Shown here in pieces: positions 1 to 62,856 of a DNA stretch of 64,000 nt; position 1 is the stretch's first letter, and the number at the start of each line of letters is the position of its first letter. This stretch comes from Amoebidium appalachense (taxonomy: Eukaryota; Protista; Ichthyosporea). The notes beneath the pieces were generated by a model, which made no database searches, had not been told where the DNA came from, and saw nothing but the letters and a program-made list of their open reading frames with translations. The stretch is from positions 19,476,125 through 19,540,124 of the forward strand of contig CAVNZM010000001.1 in the NCBI GenBank assembly GCA_963693365.1, in the 5' to 3' direction. The position numbers and the translations under genes were made by a program.

Positions 1-28
1 CCCCCCTCCCCCCCCCCCCCCCCCCCAG

Positions 29-60
29 CGCATCTAGCCTACCTTAGGTGCAGCACATAA
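29..60 (+). CDS. Possible terminal coding exon of a convergent plus-strand gene (xHLAYLRCST-stop)
   Basis: A poly-C run ends in AG at 27-28, the same acceptor style as several ATM introns, followed by a short open frame to TAA at 58-60. No homology support. Confidence 0.2.
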
Positions 61-1480
61 TCTCTTAGACTACAAAAGGGCAACCTGGCAAAGCACGGAC
101 ACACACGGATGAAACCGGAAACTACTGTACCTCAATCGAAAGTGTCCCCAGCGTGTAGGCTGGGTTTCTCGGCTAAGGATTCCAAGAAATGCAGACGTTT
201 AATTAATAGTAGGTCAGAGCTACCAGTTCGACATTATGGGCCGTGTGTTATTTGACGGTGCTACCTGTACATGTAGCACATGCCTTTCAACAACTGTTAT
301 AACACGGGTGTCCTTAGACTAGACTCTCCAGACTTCCTATCGCGGACACAAACAGTATATACAGGGGTTGAGTCTATTAGTCTACGATTTACTGAATGAG
401 GTTCGGATTACTTGCTGCACTTGTGGCATGAAAGTTTCCTGAGTGACCGGTATAGGCTACAGTACACAATCGCTGGTACAAGTATATTCTTTGTACAGTA
501 AACCGTTATGAACTTGTGGGGTTGACTGTAGCATGCAGGGGAAGTTGATCCAAAACAAAGATTTGGTCACCAATGAGATCTGAAGCTCCTACATAGCCTC
601 CTTTCATCATGCCCCCTTTTAACCCTCTTGTCCCCCTGTCCCCCCCCCCTCCCCCCCCCGAGTTTTTTTTTTTTAAGAAGCTACACTAACTTGAACAATA
701 CCACTTGGCAATCATTGTTCCTTAATAATATCACTATTATTCGTTGTTCCATAATAATATTATCACTATTATTATAATATTACCCATATTGTCTCTGGAG
801 GTGCCCCTTTTCCCTTATAGGAACCTTCTACTAACTAGCTCACACCGACTGTAACCTGGCTAGGGTAGCACCTGTAATGGTGCAATCAGCTAAGCTAAAA
901 GCTATAACACACCCTTTAATTACCAGTCCTAACTACGAAGTAGTGGAGGTAAAGGCAACGAGCAGGGGGAGGGGAGGGGGAGGAGGAGGAGGAGGGGGAG
1001 GGGGAGGGGGGGGAGTACAGATGTGTAAGACGTGTTTTATTTGTCAAATGTTTAATGAAACAAGCAAAGCCCCACTGGCCAGCAGTGTAGAAGCAATGCA
1101 ACACAAAAAACTGATAGCCCATACAAAGAACCCCCCCCCCCCCCCCCCCCCCCCCCATCTCTCGACACTCACACTGACTGCTCTTTCACGAACACACCCA
1201 CCTTACTACAATATTCATCTGATCAGATGTGCACCTATTTTTCATTGGTGGTTGAGTACACATCGGAAAGCAAACACACTGTTCTATTCTATATGCAACC
1301 AATTTACATACATTCACACTAAAACTTTCCTCCATACGCACAATCAAATCCATAGCCTTCAACTGTTATAGATCACACACACCATAACTCCAAACATTCG
1401 CACCCACAATTCATCCCATATCACATACATACACTTTCGGGATGATTTTCGACGTGGTGTCTAAATTTTACTAATAAATC

Positions 1481-53158
<51,678 letters not shown>

Positions 53159-54131
53159 GGTCTCAATGGATCACACCATGCACGAAAGGGATCACGAGGT
53201 GCAAAGTAACGTGTACCGTGCAGGCCACGGCTGTGTCATGTTTCCTGTGCCTGAGCGTAGCTACGAAAGACGAAAAAATTAATCTTGACCTTTCTAATCG
53301 TTGTAATCCTCGCCCAAGAGACGTCTAGCCAGAAAAGAAAAAGGCGTATGCATGTATTACATGCGACAACTTGTGACCCTTGGAAGGCTTGCTCGGAGAC
53401 TCATTTAAAAATTAACTGAACTAACTTACGTCATAATTGAGAAAGGCCGACATAGACCAGGGGAAAGGAATTCGAAGCTTCCGAAAAAGAACTCGATTCA
53501 GGTTGAGCACCTCGACTTCGGAACACCCTTGACAAAAACCCCGACACAGACTGCCCACGGCTCTAATAAGAAAATCGGGTGTTTCGTGAACAATCCTAAA
53601 TGCACTTGCCAGTGTGCAGAACGGAGAAAAACGTTTGGCACAGGATTTAGCACGCCATAGAAGAACTACTTTGCACTTGAGCAAGGCACCGCCTCACACG
53701 TCTCTTTAATCATGTTAGCTATAAGCTACATATTCTGGCATCATTCGCAGTTTGTGTATGCACATGTACATACTTCCTAACAACAACCAAAAAACACCGC
53801 AAAAAAAAAACCCCCCCAAAGCCAAAAAACTACAACCAATAGAGAAGGCAACCTACCACATGGACACACAGTACCCAAATAGTTGCCTATCCTGTGATAC
53901 TATAATACAGGCCATGCCTCGCGTCACAACATGGTTGCCTATCCACTAAACTGGATCACGGCAGCAGTTACACAACTACGAGAACACAACATTATGATTA
54001 GCAAAAGATGATATACAGTGATAGTCGTCTCAAATGACGCAAGGGCGTATGAAAAAAGGGGGAAATGTTCCTGAATGAAGCCACGGAACACGAGGCCACA
54101 GTTTCTAACCACGGTGTAGCCACTAATGGGT
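53159..54131 (-). promoter_or_regulatory. NOP58 3' UTR plus ATM promoter/5' leader (<1 kb, nearly free of simple repeats)
   Basis: Lies between the NOP58 stop and the ATM ATG (context GACC-ATG). Function is inferred from position only. Confidence 0.6.
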
Positions 54132-57100
54132 TTACTCCGAGTCAGATGCAGCCTTTTTCTTCGACTTCTTCTCCTTCTTAGACTTCTTTGCTGATGGCTC
54201 CTCCTCGGCCGCCTTCTTCTTGGACTTCTTTTCCTTCTTGGCCGTCTCCTCACCATCCTGTTCCTGTCAATATTCATCAGTAATCGACAACCACACGAAA
54301 AGCCCGTGAACGTGGTGCATTGAAAGCACATGGCATATTCCAAACGTGCTAGGACGACCAACCCCCGACCCTACCCCCATGATCACCATCAAAGAAACAC
54401 AACAAACAACCCCCCGCCCCCTCCGAAACACTCACACACACAACAGCACCACCACCCGCCCACCCACAAGCACCAACGCCTGCACACCTACCACTCGACA
54501 ATTAAAAAATAACAAACATTCATTAAAAAAACACGATGAGGAGTATACTGATAAAACACAGCGAAGGCTACCGAAGGTAAAGCCGGCCGGCGGACTTAAA
54601 CCTTGCCCACTGCAAACAACTGTCTTCTACTGAAAGCCTCCCAACCGAGCAAAACACTCACCTCGGAGGACTTCTTCTTCTTCTTCTTCTTTGTCTCGGT
54701 TTCCGGAACGGCATCATCGCTCTCCGTGTCCTTGGCCTTCTTCTTCTTCTTCTTCTTGGTGCCCTCCTCATCACTGTCTGCCGCCTCAGTCTTGGACTTC
54801 TTCACCTCTGTTCAAGCATAAAAAGGTCAGAAAAGAAAACACAGGAGTGGGCATATCACTCCCTGTCGTTCTTAATTAAGCCCTTTTCAACAACATCTTT
54901 GGCAAATTCTCTCTGGCTTGTGAATTTGCCAAGAATTTGCCAATCAGCTGTCACTTCTCGGAATGCTGTCAAAGCCTTCGAGAGGAAATCGGAAGAACAG
55001 AAGCACATGTAAAGAGCAAAGCCCAACCACACAAAGGAAGCCGGTGCAGGAGCGAAAAAACATAGAATGCGAAAGTCAGTCCCTGTCTCTCTCTCCCTGT
55101 GCGTCCCTGTCTCTGTCTCTCTTTGGTCTGTCTGCACTCTCGTGTGTGTGAGTGTGTGTGTGTGTACGTGTGAATATGTGAAAAAGTTCCCTGTTATGCA
55201 AATCAAAAAGACAGACGTATTTGTCTTGCTGCCTATGTGGGCTGTTTGGGGGGCAGGGAGGTACGCACTCTTTTCTTCCTCCTCGTCATCATCCGATGCC
55301 GGTCTCTTCTTGGACTTTTTCTCCTTCTTGGACTCCTTGCCCTCCTTGGGGGTGAGCGTCGAGTCGGCAGCAGCGTTGTAGCCCTTGACCTCCCTGTGTA
55401 CATCACCGTTGTTAAGGATGTGGACGATAATGGTGCATATCGAAGCTGGGAACACACGTTCACATAATGCAGCAGACCCACACCTGAACCCGCACTTTTG
55501 GCTAGTCTTTGTCCATTGGCAGCCAAAATATTCAGGACGCAAGAACATGTCTGGAGCTACATGTGTGAGGCCCATACTCGAACTTCAAATACAGCTGCCT
55601 TTATCCTGCCAGCCATATTTCTAGAAGTCTGTAGTTGCACTATGTGTGCGGCGTACAAAATGAAAGACATCACAAAAGTGCACTCACTTCTTCTCGACCT
55701 TCTCCGCCGTCGCGGCGCTCTTTGCCGTGCCCGATATCCTCGTGACTTGTCTGCCTTCGAGCTGTGTACCCAGGAAAAGGTTATAAATCGGTAGCTAACC
55801 AAGGCATATGTAGAGGTTTTAGCGTTATGGTTTAGGCTAAATTTTTTATAAGGATGGCAAGTGTATGCCTCTGTACACGTGTCTGGAACAGCAACAAACC
55901 TGACACAGAGGACAGCTAAATGGCATATGTAATCTTCGAAAGCCGTCAGAATATCCAACCTAACCAACACACACAACAGCCAGGAGAAAGAAAACTTTAT
56001 GAGGTTGTCAAAAACCCCGCAAGGTCGGGATTCGTACCTGATTGAGGCGGGCCTCGACCTTTGCCCTGTTCTCCAACCCAATGCTGACGTTGTCCTTGTC
56101 GCCAAGGGCATCCACACGGGCAGACAGAGAGGTCTTGGCTGCAAGAACACGCGAGATCTGTGTGTGTGGGGAGGGGGGGTGGGGGGGGTGCAGGTCATGC
56201 GTGTTAAGTATGTGTGATATATGCCCAACTTTAAATGTGTGCGCTGCCCACGCCAAACTACAGCTGCACTAAATCACATCGATACAGAAGGTCGAACACC
56301 ATCTGATGGTTATCGACAACAGCTGTATGCAAATGGAAGGACCTCAGCTGGGTGGCTCCACCCACACAACAACCAGCTCCCGTGTGCACTGCAACACACC
56401 GTGTGAAAATGATCAAGACAACCAAGTGGTAGCAACATGCATCGCAGACGGGTGCATTACCTTGCCCTTGTTCTTAGGTGCTGACTGACCAATCAGCGAT
56501 GCGTGGTAGATGAGACCGTACTTGGGTGTATCGGACTTGGTCTGCAGACACCAAATAGTCAGAACACAGCACTTGATTTCCAATTAGCCGAACCACCTTC
56601 CCCACATAAACAAGGCAGCTGAATGCGGAGAATGTAGTCACAACTTAATTCTATATACGACTGACTTAACATATGGATACAGAGATAACCAGCGAATGAG
56701 GGGGACCAGGCTTGGGTGGCACACCAACCACCCCGTCCCAAACCAAAAAACGAATAGCACACGATTACAAATGTTACAAGCCCTGCACCCACGTGTGCGC
56801 ACAAGAACATATCAAGCGGACGAGGAAGACCGTGGGAAGGGAACACACCTTGAGGGCACGGAACAAGGCCTTCTCGGCACCGAGAATCTGCACGGTCGAT
56901 GCAGGGTACTTTGCCAAGTTAAGCAGAGACCCGGCATGGGCAATCAGACGGGCACCAACAAGCTCACCAACCATGCACGTGAGGTTGGGGGCAATGGCAT
57001 TCATGCGTGCCTTGAGGTAGTCGTACAGCTGCGTGCGGTACTCACCAATGGAGATCACCTGTGGCATGACAAACAAGACAATAAGGAGAAAGAACACAAC

Positions 57101-59665
57101 TGCGTTCACCATATAGTCTACGTCAAGCCATTCATCTTTTCAAACCGTCGAAGTTTAGTAGTCATCGACAGCAACTGTTGAGACAGCATAGCTACCCCCC
57201 CCCCCCCCCAAAAAAAAAAAAAAAAAAACACACACAAAACTCCCTCCAGAACCCATTTGCCGGATTTTCTCGTGTTGTAGATAAAACAGCTCGTACGATT
57301 CGTACATTACTCTCACCTACCAACATGCATGTCCATTCCCAGACAGGCCCAAAAACACACACACACACACACACAAAACTCCCTCCAGAACCCAGTTGCC
57401 AGAATTTCTCGTGTTGTAGATAAAACAGCTCGTACGATTCGTACATTACTCTCACCTACCAACATACATGTCCTTTCCCAGACAGGCCAGGATAAATTCA
57501 ACGACCAACGAATGAAAACGTGCCTGAGTTCATATTACACATACGCCTGCACATGCATCTGCAGTGCATGTCTGCATAGAAAGATATACACACCTGCTCG
57601 CACAGGTAGACAATGTTGGTCATATCCTCCTCGCTCACGTCGCTACCCATGCTGATCTCGGCAGCCTGCCCGGTATTGCATAAAGAGAGGGTTAGTCACA
57701 AGGTTTCGAAAAAAAAGGAATGCCTAGCATACTTGAGTGTATTGGGCTCAGCAGACAAATTTTGGCTTCATATGCATTTGCAATCAGAAGTCTAACATAT
57801 ACATAAAATATCATCGCCCATGTAGACATTATTTTTCTGTCAACTCCACAATGCTCCCCTCCCTCGACTCACACACCCCTTCGTTCCACCTATCACAACC
57901 ACACATTCACAAACACAACATTAGACCCACCTGCTTAACGTCATCAATCATTTCCTCTGGCAGAACATCCGTCAGATCCGTGTTCTTGACGTTGGTGCGT
58001 GCCTGCACCTTGCGCACGACCTTGGCGTATGCAAGGTTGTCGGGCACCAGCTTAGACATTTCGGGGAAGTGCCAGCCGTACCATTCACGCACGCGCATGC
58101 TATATGTGTTCAGCTCCTTGTCAAGATCATCCAGAAGCGCTGCACCAGGTAGAAGCATTAGACTTTCCCTTTTTAACCCCTGCTAATGCTTCCCACCTGA
58201 TGTTTATCGATGTTGCTTACTTATCCTTCACATGCCAAAAAAAAAAAGAGAGGGGGGGGGGGGGGGGGGGGGGGGGGCAATATGGTGTGGGCATGTTACG
58301 CGACTAAAACTTCAGCAGTGTCAAGACTGTCCCCATAGTGCTACAGGAGTATGCTCACGAAGGTTTCCATCCGCAAACAACAATCAACGTGCACTTTCTG
58401 TAAATACACCACCAACCACCGCATAAGTGAAGTGCATATTTGTGCCAGCAGATGTAGAAACCAAATTGCAGGAGGGAGAAGAATGGGTTAGGGCACTTAC
58501 AAATTGCCTGGACGATCATGGTGTCCACCTTGTCCGGGGAGAACTTCAGCTTGTAGCGGGAGAGAGAGTGGGCGAGACCAAGAGCCATGGCATGGAGGTC
58601 ACCCTCGGAGGCACCTATTTGTGTGTATGTGTTTTTTATTTTGGGAGGGGGGGGAAGAGGGGGGGGGGGGGGGGGGGGGGGGAGGCATGTGTGTGTGTGT
58701 GTGCAGATGTACAGAGTGTTGATGCAGAGAATGGTGCATTGGGACGGTGGCAAAAGGCATTGATGACGAGCATACACATGTTTGCAGGTGGAGAGAGTAG
58801 TTAGTGTCCACTTGCCATTTCCACAGCTAAACCAGTGTTGATGTTATGGGTGCTCAGGGGTGTAAGTGTCATCAAAAATCAGGACGATAACGCATATATA
58901 AACATCACAGCCACCATTTTGATTCTCAAACCAGCTCTAAAAAAGGGTTCGAAATAATTCTACAAACAAGGGCAGGTAACTTCTGCCAAGCTCAACACAC
59001 AACAAACAGCAAGGTCACTCGCGAACTTATTACACTTACCAGTGATAAGCGACTCCATCTGATTCCTGATGCCCCTCATAAGCTCTGTAACATTGCTGCC
59101 AGCAACACAGTTGATGCCCGTCTTCTCCTTGATCATACCACCCAGCTTGGCGTCCAGAACAGCAAGATCATCAGTCAGTTCCTTCTTTACGATGTGCTTG
59201 TTCAAGAACTTCTTGAGCCCCTTGTCCAGCTTGCCCTCGGTGATGGCTGTAGCAGCCGCAAGAGCCTCGGTAGTGTCCTCGAACTTCTCGAAAGCCTTCA
59301 GCTTCACACTGCCAAAAAGTATGCAGAATAAGAACGTATCAGCATCATCACACCGTTCTTCCCCAACACATGCTATAAACAAAAAAGAAAAAGTAGAAAA
59401 GTGTACAGTATCCGCAACACCCTAGCTCACAGAGCAAACCACTCCGTTGTTCTGGCCCACGTCTCCGAAGGCTGATGTCAATCAAGCAGTGACACCTCAA
59501 AAAGGCTGCTCAGCTGCCCCCCTATGTTACACCAGGGCTACACCACCTGACCCCTTTGAAACACCTCTCATATTCTAAACCTATCACCCCGTTAAACATA
59601 CACGCACACACGCACAAGCGCGCGCGCACACACACATCCCACACACACACACCGACACACACACC

Positions 59666-59700
<35 letters not shown>

Positions 59701-59838
59701 GTCACGGGTGGCTTACACTTTCGACGCCTTATCAGGGGTCTCGAAGGAATTCCAGATGTTCTCTGGTTTCTTCAAGGCCCCCTCGTCCAGGACCTTGAAC
59801 AGGGCAAACCCTGCAGCTGTCTCAAAAAGCACCAGCAT
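54132..59838 (-). CDS. NOP58: Nucleolar protein 58 (box C/D snoRNP core protein), 12 exons
   Basis: N-terminus [20 protein letters not shown]...[20 protein letters not shown] is NOP58-type. Also [54 protein letters not shown], the Nop domain [47 protein letters not shown] and a K/E-rich tail ending DSE-TAA. Exons about 59717-59838, 59040-59308, 58501-58614, 57931-58139, 57594-57666, 56849-57058, 56461-56541, 56038-56157, 55688-55761, 55269-55394, 54662-54807, 54132-54263. Confidence 0.96.
57229..57488. repeat. Tandem duplication (~139-bp period, ~120-bp unique core) in a NOP58 intron
   Basis: AAAACTCCCTCCAGAACCC...CCCAGACAGGCC starts at 57236 and again at 57375, with about 5 substitutions between copies, which are separated by a (CA)n linker. 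Confidence 0.9.
57743..57820 (-). ncRNA. Intronic box C/D snoRNA, snR58/SNORD104-like (predicted LSU rRNA Cm equivalent to yeast 25S C663)
   Basis: Minus strand: stem TGGGC..GCCCA, C box variant GCGATGA, guide ATATGTTAGACT(T) + D' CTGA, terminal D CTGA. The guide is complementary to conserved LSU (GG)AGUCUAAC, and the +5 rule lands on the C of AGUC. Confidence 0.82.
58846..58917 (-). ncRNA. Intronic box C/D snoRNA, snR68-like (predicted LSU rRNA Am equivalent to yeast 25S A2640)
   Basis: Minus strand: imperfect terminal stem ATGGTGGC..GCACCCAT, C box GTGATGT, guide TGCGTTATCGT(C) + D' CTGA, C' TTGATGA, D CTGA. The guide is complementary to conserved LSU ACGAUAACGCA, and the 5th nt upstream of D' pairs with the A methylated by yeast snR68 (target recalled, not searched). 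Confidence 0.85.
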
Positions 59839-60363
59839 TCTGCGCACGCAAAGAAAAACACGTCAGAAAATACCACCTTTGTTGTTCCGTCAAACAGGCA
59901 GTTCGGTCATTTGGCTTAGCCTGCCAATAAAAGGGAAGAACTTCTAATGTTTGACTGCAACTAACAATCCGTCGTTGAGAACATGGTCATGGCTCAATAG
60001 CTCGGTAGCCCTAGTTCAAGCTTCCTCTACGATGCATACACCTTCCCTATGCACGAAAAAAAGTATCTACATATGCAACAAAGGGACCACGAGCTCGTAA
60101 AACGACTTGGAAAGTCGGATGGGTGTGGATACCTCTCAGATTGTTGTGGATAGCTGGCCGATTCGACCGACACACCTCACAGAAAAGCTAGAGACGAAGA
60201 AAACGTAAACTTCGACTGAAGCTGCTTGGTGCGATGTCGCTGCGGTACACCGGCGCTGCGAGCCTGCGACGGCTGCAGGCGCCCACGTGTACAGCCGTCC
60301 TAGATGACGAGAGCTATATATGGTTCTCGACATGGTAAAAATAACCAATCAGCTTCCCGCTAT

Positions 60364-60576
60364 TTATCTCTGGAACGAGGACTCGAGGAAGCTCAGGACG
60401 GCTATGCCATGCTTGCACATCATGATGTCACGTACGTGTACGCATCTGTATGTACATGTATGGTACATCATCCCTCTCTCTCTTCTTCTTCCCCGGGCAC
60501 AAGTGCAAATAAACCCCGCAAAAGTGCGTGTGACTTTGGACTGCCACTTACTTATTAGACATGTACATAATCGCAA
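60364..60576 (-). pseudogene. Putative SWIM zinc-finger remnant interrupted by a 48-bp insertion
   Basis: FICTCARGRRRERGMM[YHTCTYRCVHVRDIMM]CKHGIAVL. Removing the segment between the ATGATGT direct repeats restores CxC-x11-CxH. Confidence 0.3.
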
Positions 60577-60757
60577 AATATTTACACAATATTAATATTG
60601 GAAAAAGATACCCGATATGAAATCAAAGCAGGCACCTTGAAAAACTAAGCCTTATGTCTTGTTTTATATATAATGACCGCCTTAACCATATTGCCAAATA
60701 TGGCACTCGCAAATGTGTAGCACCTAAATACATAATACCTTCCTGTAGAATTGGTCA

Positions 60758-61091
60758 TCTCTAGCCGATGATATCATTGACCACTTCCCACGCTTTCACT
60801 GTACATGTACATACACGTGCCATGCAGTGGAGATCTAATAAGTATAAGGTGGCATCGTTTGCATGCCCAAACAACACATACACACCACTTTAAACGGTCA
60901 TGTATTGCCAAATGTAGTTTGATAGAACACATAATACCGCAGCACACACACGACACATTCACAACAGACACCCAGAAAGATAGCTAGCTATCTAGATCTT
61001 ACCTGAAAATTACAACGTTAACATCCTTGATTTTCAATACTAAACACACGTAACTATGACCTGTTTATTAGATGTATTGATCGGCTAGAGA
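60758..61091. mobile_element. Possible MITE (12-bp inverted repeats)
   Basis: TCTCTAGCCGAT at 60758-60769 and its reverse complement ATCGGCTAGAGA at 61080-61091. No TSD was resolved. Confidence 0.35.
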
Positions 61092-61144
61092 AACCCATCA
61101 TTACAAAACTCTAGCACACACACACACACACCGTGACACACACA

Positions 61145-61240
<96 letters not shown>

Positions 61241-61255
61241 GGCACACACACGCAC

Positions 61256-61290
<35 letters not shown>

Positions 61291-62000
61291 CACCAGCTGA
61301 TACCGAGTGTCCCATTGGAGCCCGGAAAAAAAAACAAAAAAAAGAAAGAAAAAAAAAAAACGGGGAACCCAACTAATCGATTTTCTTAGTCTTTATGGTG
61401 CCTCGTAGAGGAAGAAAACCCTGATCATGATAATCATCACCCGATATCTATGTACCCGATCATGGTATACCGCTGAGGGGATATTCCGAGCAAAAACCCC
61501 CATACCTGAGACTGGTCTCTCGTTGCCTCGAGTAAACAGCGTAAACCCCGTACATACATGTGTGTGTCTGTCACCGGTGTTTGTGTGCGCTGTGTTTGTG
61601 TGTGCATGTGTACATGTGCGACGTGTGTATGTACACATGTCTGTGTGTGTGTTCACGTGTGTGTACGTACATGTGTGTGTCACGGTGCGTGTGTGTGTGC
61701 ATGTGTGCTTGTGTGCGTGTGTGTACACGTGTGTGTGTGACACTGTCAGTGTGTGTGGTACCGGGGTGGGTGGATGGGTGGGTGGGCCGGATGGGTGAGT
61801 GGTGTTTGTGCGCGTGTGCACCCGCGCGCGCGTGTGTACGTACGTACGTATGTGCGCGTGTGTACACGCGTGTGTGCGCGCGCGTGTGTGCGTGTAGATA
61901 CGCGTGCGTGTCATGTACACTCGGATATGTGTGTGTACCTGTGCTAGACCATACGCGTGTGCTATGGGTGTGCCATATCAGCTATGGTTGTGTTTGTGTG

Positions 62001-62430
62001 CAGTCACGGTGTCGATATATGAGCAGTCGAACCAACTTGCTGCTGCAGCATCATTGTAAGACTTAATCTTCAAAAATTATTCTGCAAAGATTTTTGAAGG
62101 TTCAGGGCAGCCTGCAATGGTACCTGTAAGAAGCAGAATTATTCTGCTCAATCTCCGAGAACGGGATTATTCGAAAATCTGCCTTCAGATTTGAGGAGAA
62201 TTGCATGGGCGGCAGCATAATAAATCTCTTCCAGACTTTAAACAGTTCTAGAATCGTAGAGTTTAGCAGAATCATCTGGAGAATTGTTCTATGCCGTAGC
62301 AGAATAATTATGCTTCCAGTGAGTTATTCAGAAAACGCAGGATATCGGCTGCAAAAGCAGCATCATGCTAAAAAGTAGGGGCAAGCGTAATTATTCTGCA
62401 AAACGCAGATAATGCGCATTGCCCCGGCTG
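62001..62430. mobile_element. Probable DNA-transposon remnant with reiterated GCAGAATWAT motifs
   Basis: At least 6 copies in both orientations, including the palindrome AGCAGAAT-T-ATTCTGCT (62132-62148). Weak CAG..CTG ends; no clear TSD. Confidence 0.35.
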
Positions 62431-62774
62431 CACTTGTGTGCACGTATCACGACGGTCTCGTGTAGGCAGTTGACGTGTTAGCACATGTGTATGCGTGTGT
62501 GCGCGCGCGTGCGTGTATGTGTGTGTGTGTTGCCATGTGTGTGTATGCATGTGTGTGTGCGTACGTGCGTGCGTGCGTGAGTGTGTGAGTGCGTGCGTGC
62601 TGGTGTGTGTTCGTGTGTGCGTGTGTAAGTGCGTGCATGTGCGTGTGTGCGTGTATGTGTGTGTTCGCGTGTGTCACACGTGTGTGTGTCTGTGTCTGAC
62701 TGTGTTCTGATACCTCCGCTAATAAGACTCCCCCCCCCCCCTCCCCCCCCCCAAAAAAAAGAAGAAAAAAAAAA

Positions 62775-62856
<82 letters not shown>

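Noticed and set aside
55805-55860. U17/snR30 (m2 motif AAACCAU near ACA)
   Set aside because: No m1 AUAUUCCUA motif, and the spacing to ACA is wrong.
59335-59352. C box GTGATGA followed by CTGA in NOP58 intron 1
   Set aside because: The boxes are only a few nt apart; more likely the branch-point region.
54132-59838. NOP56 or PRP31 assignment
   Set aside because: The MLVLFET N-terminus and [21 protein letters not shown] are NOP58-type.
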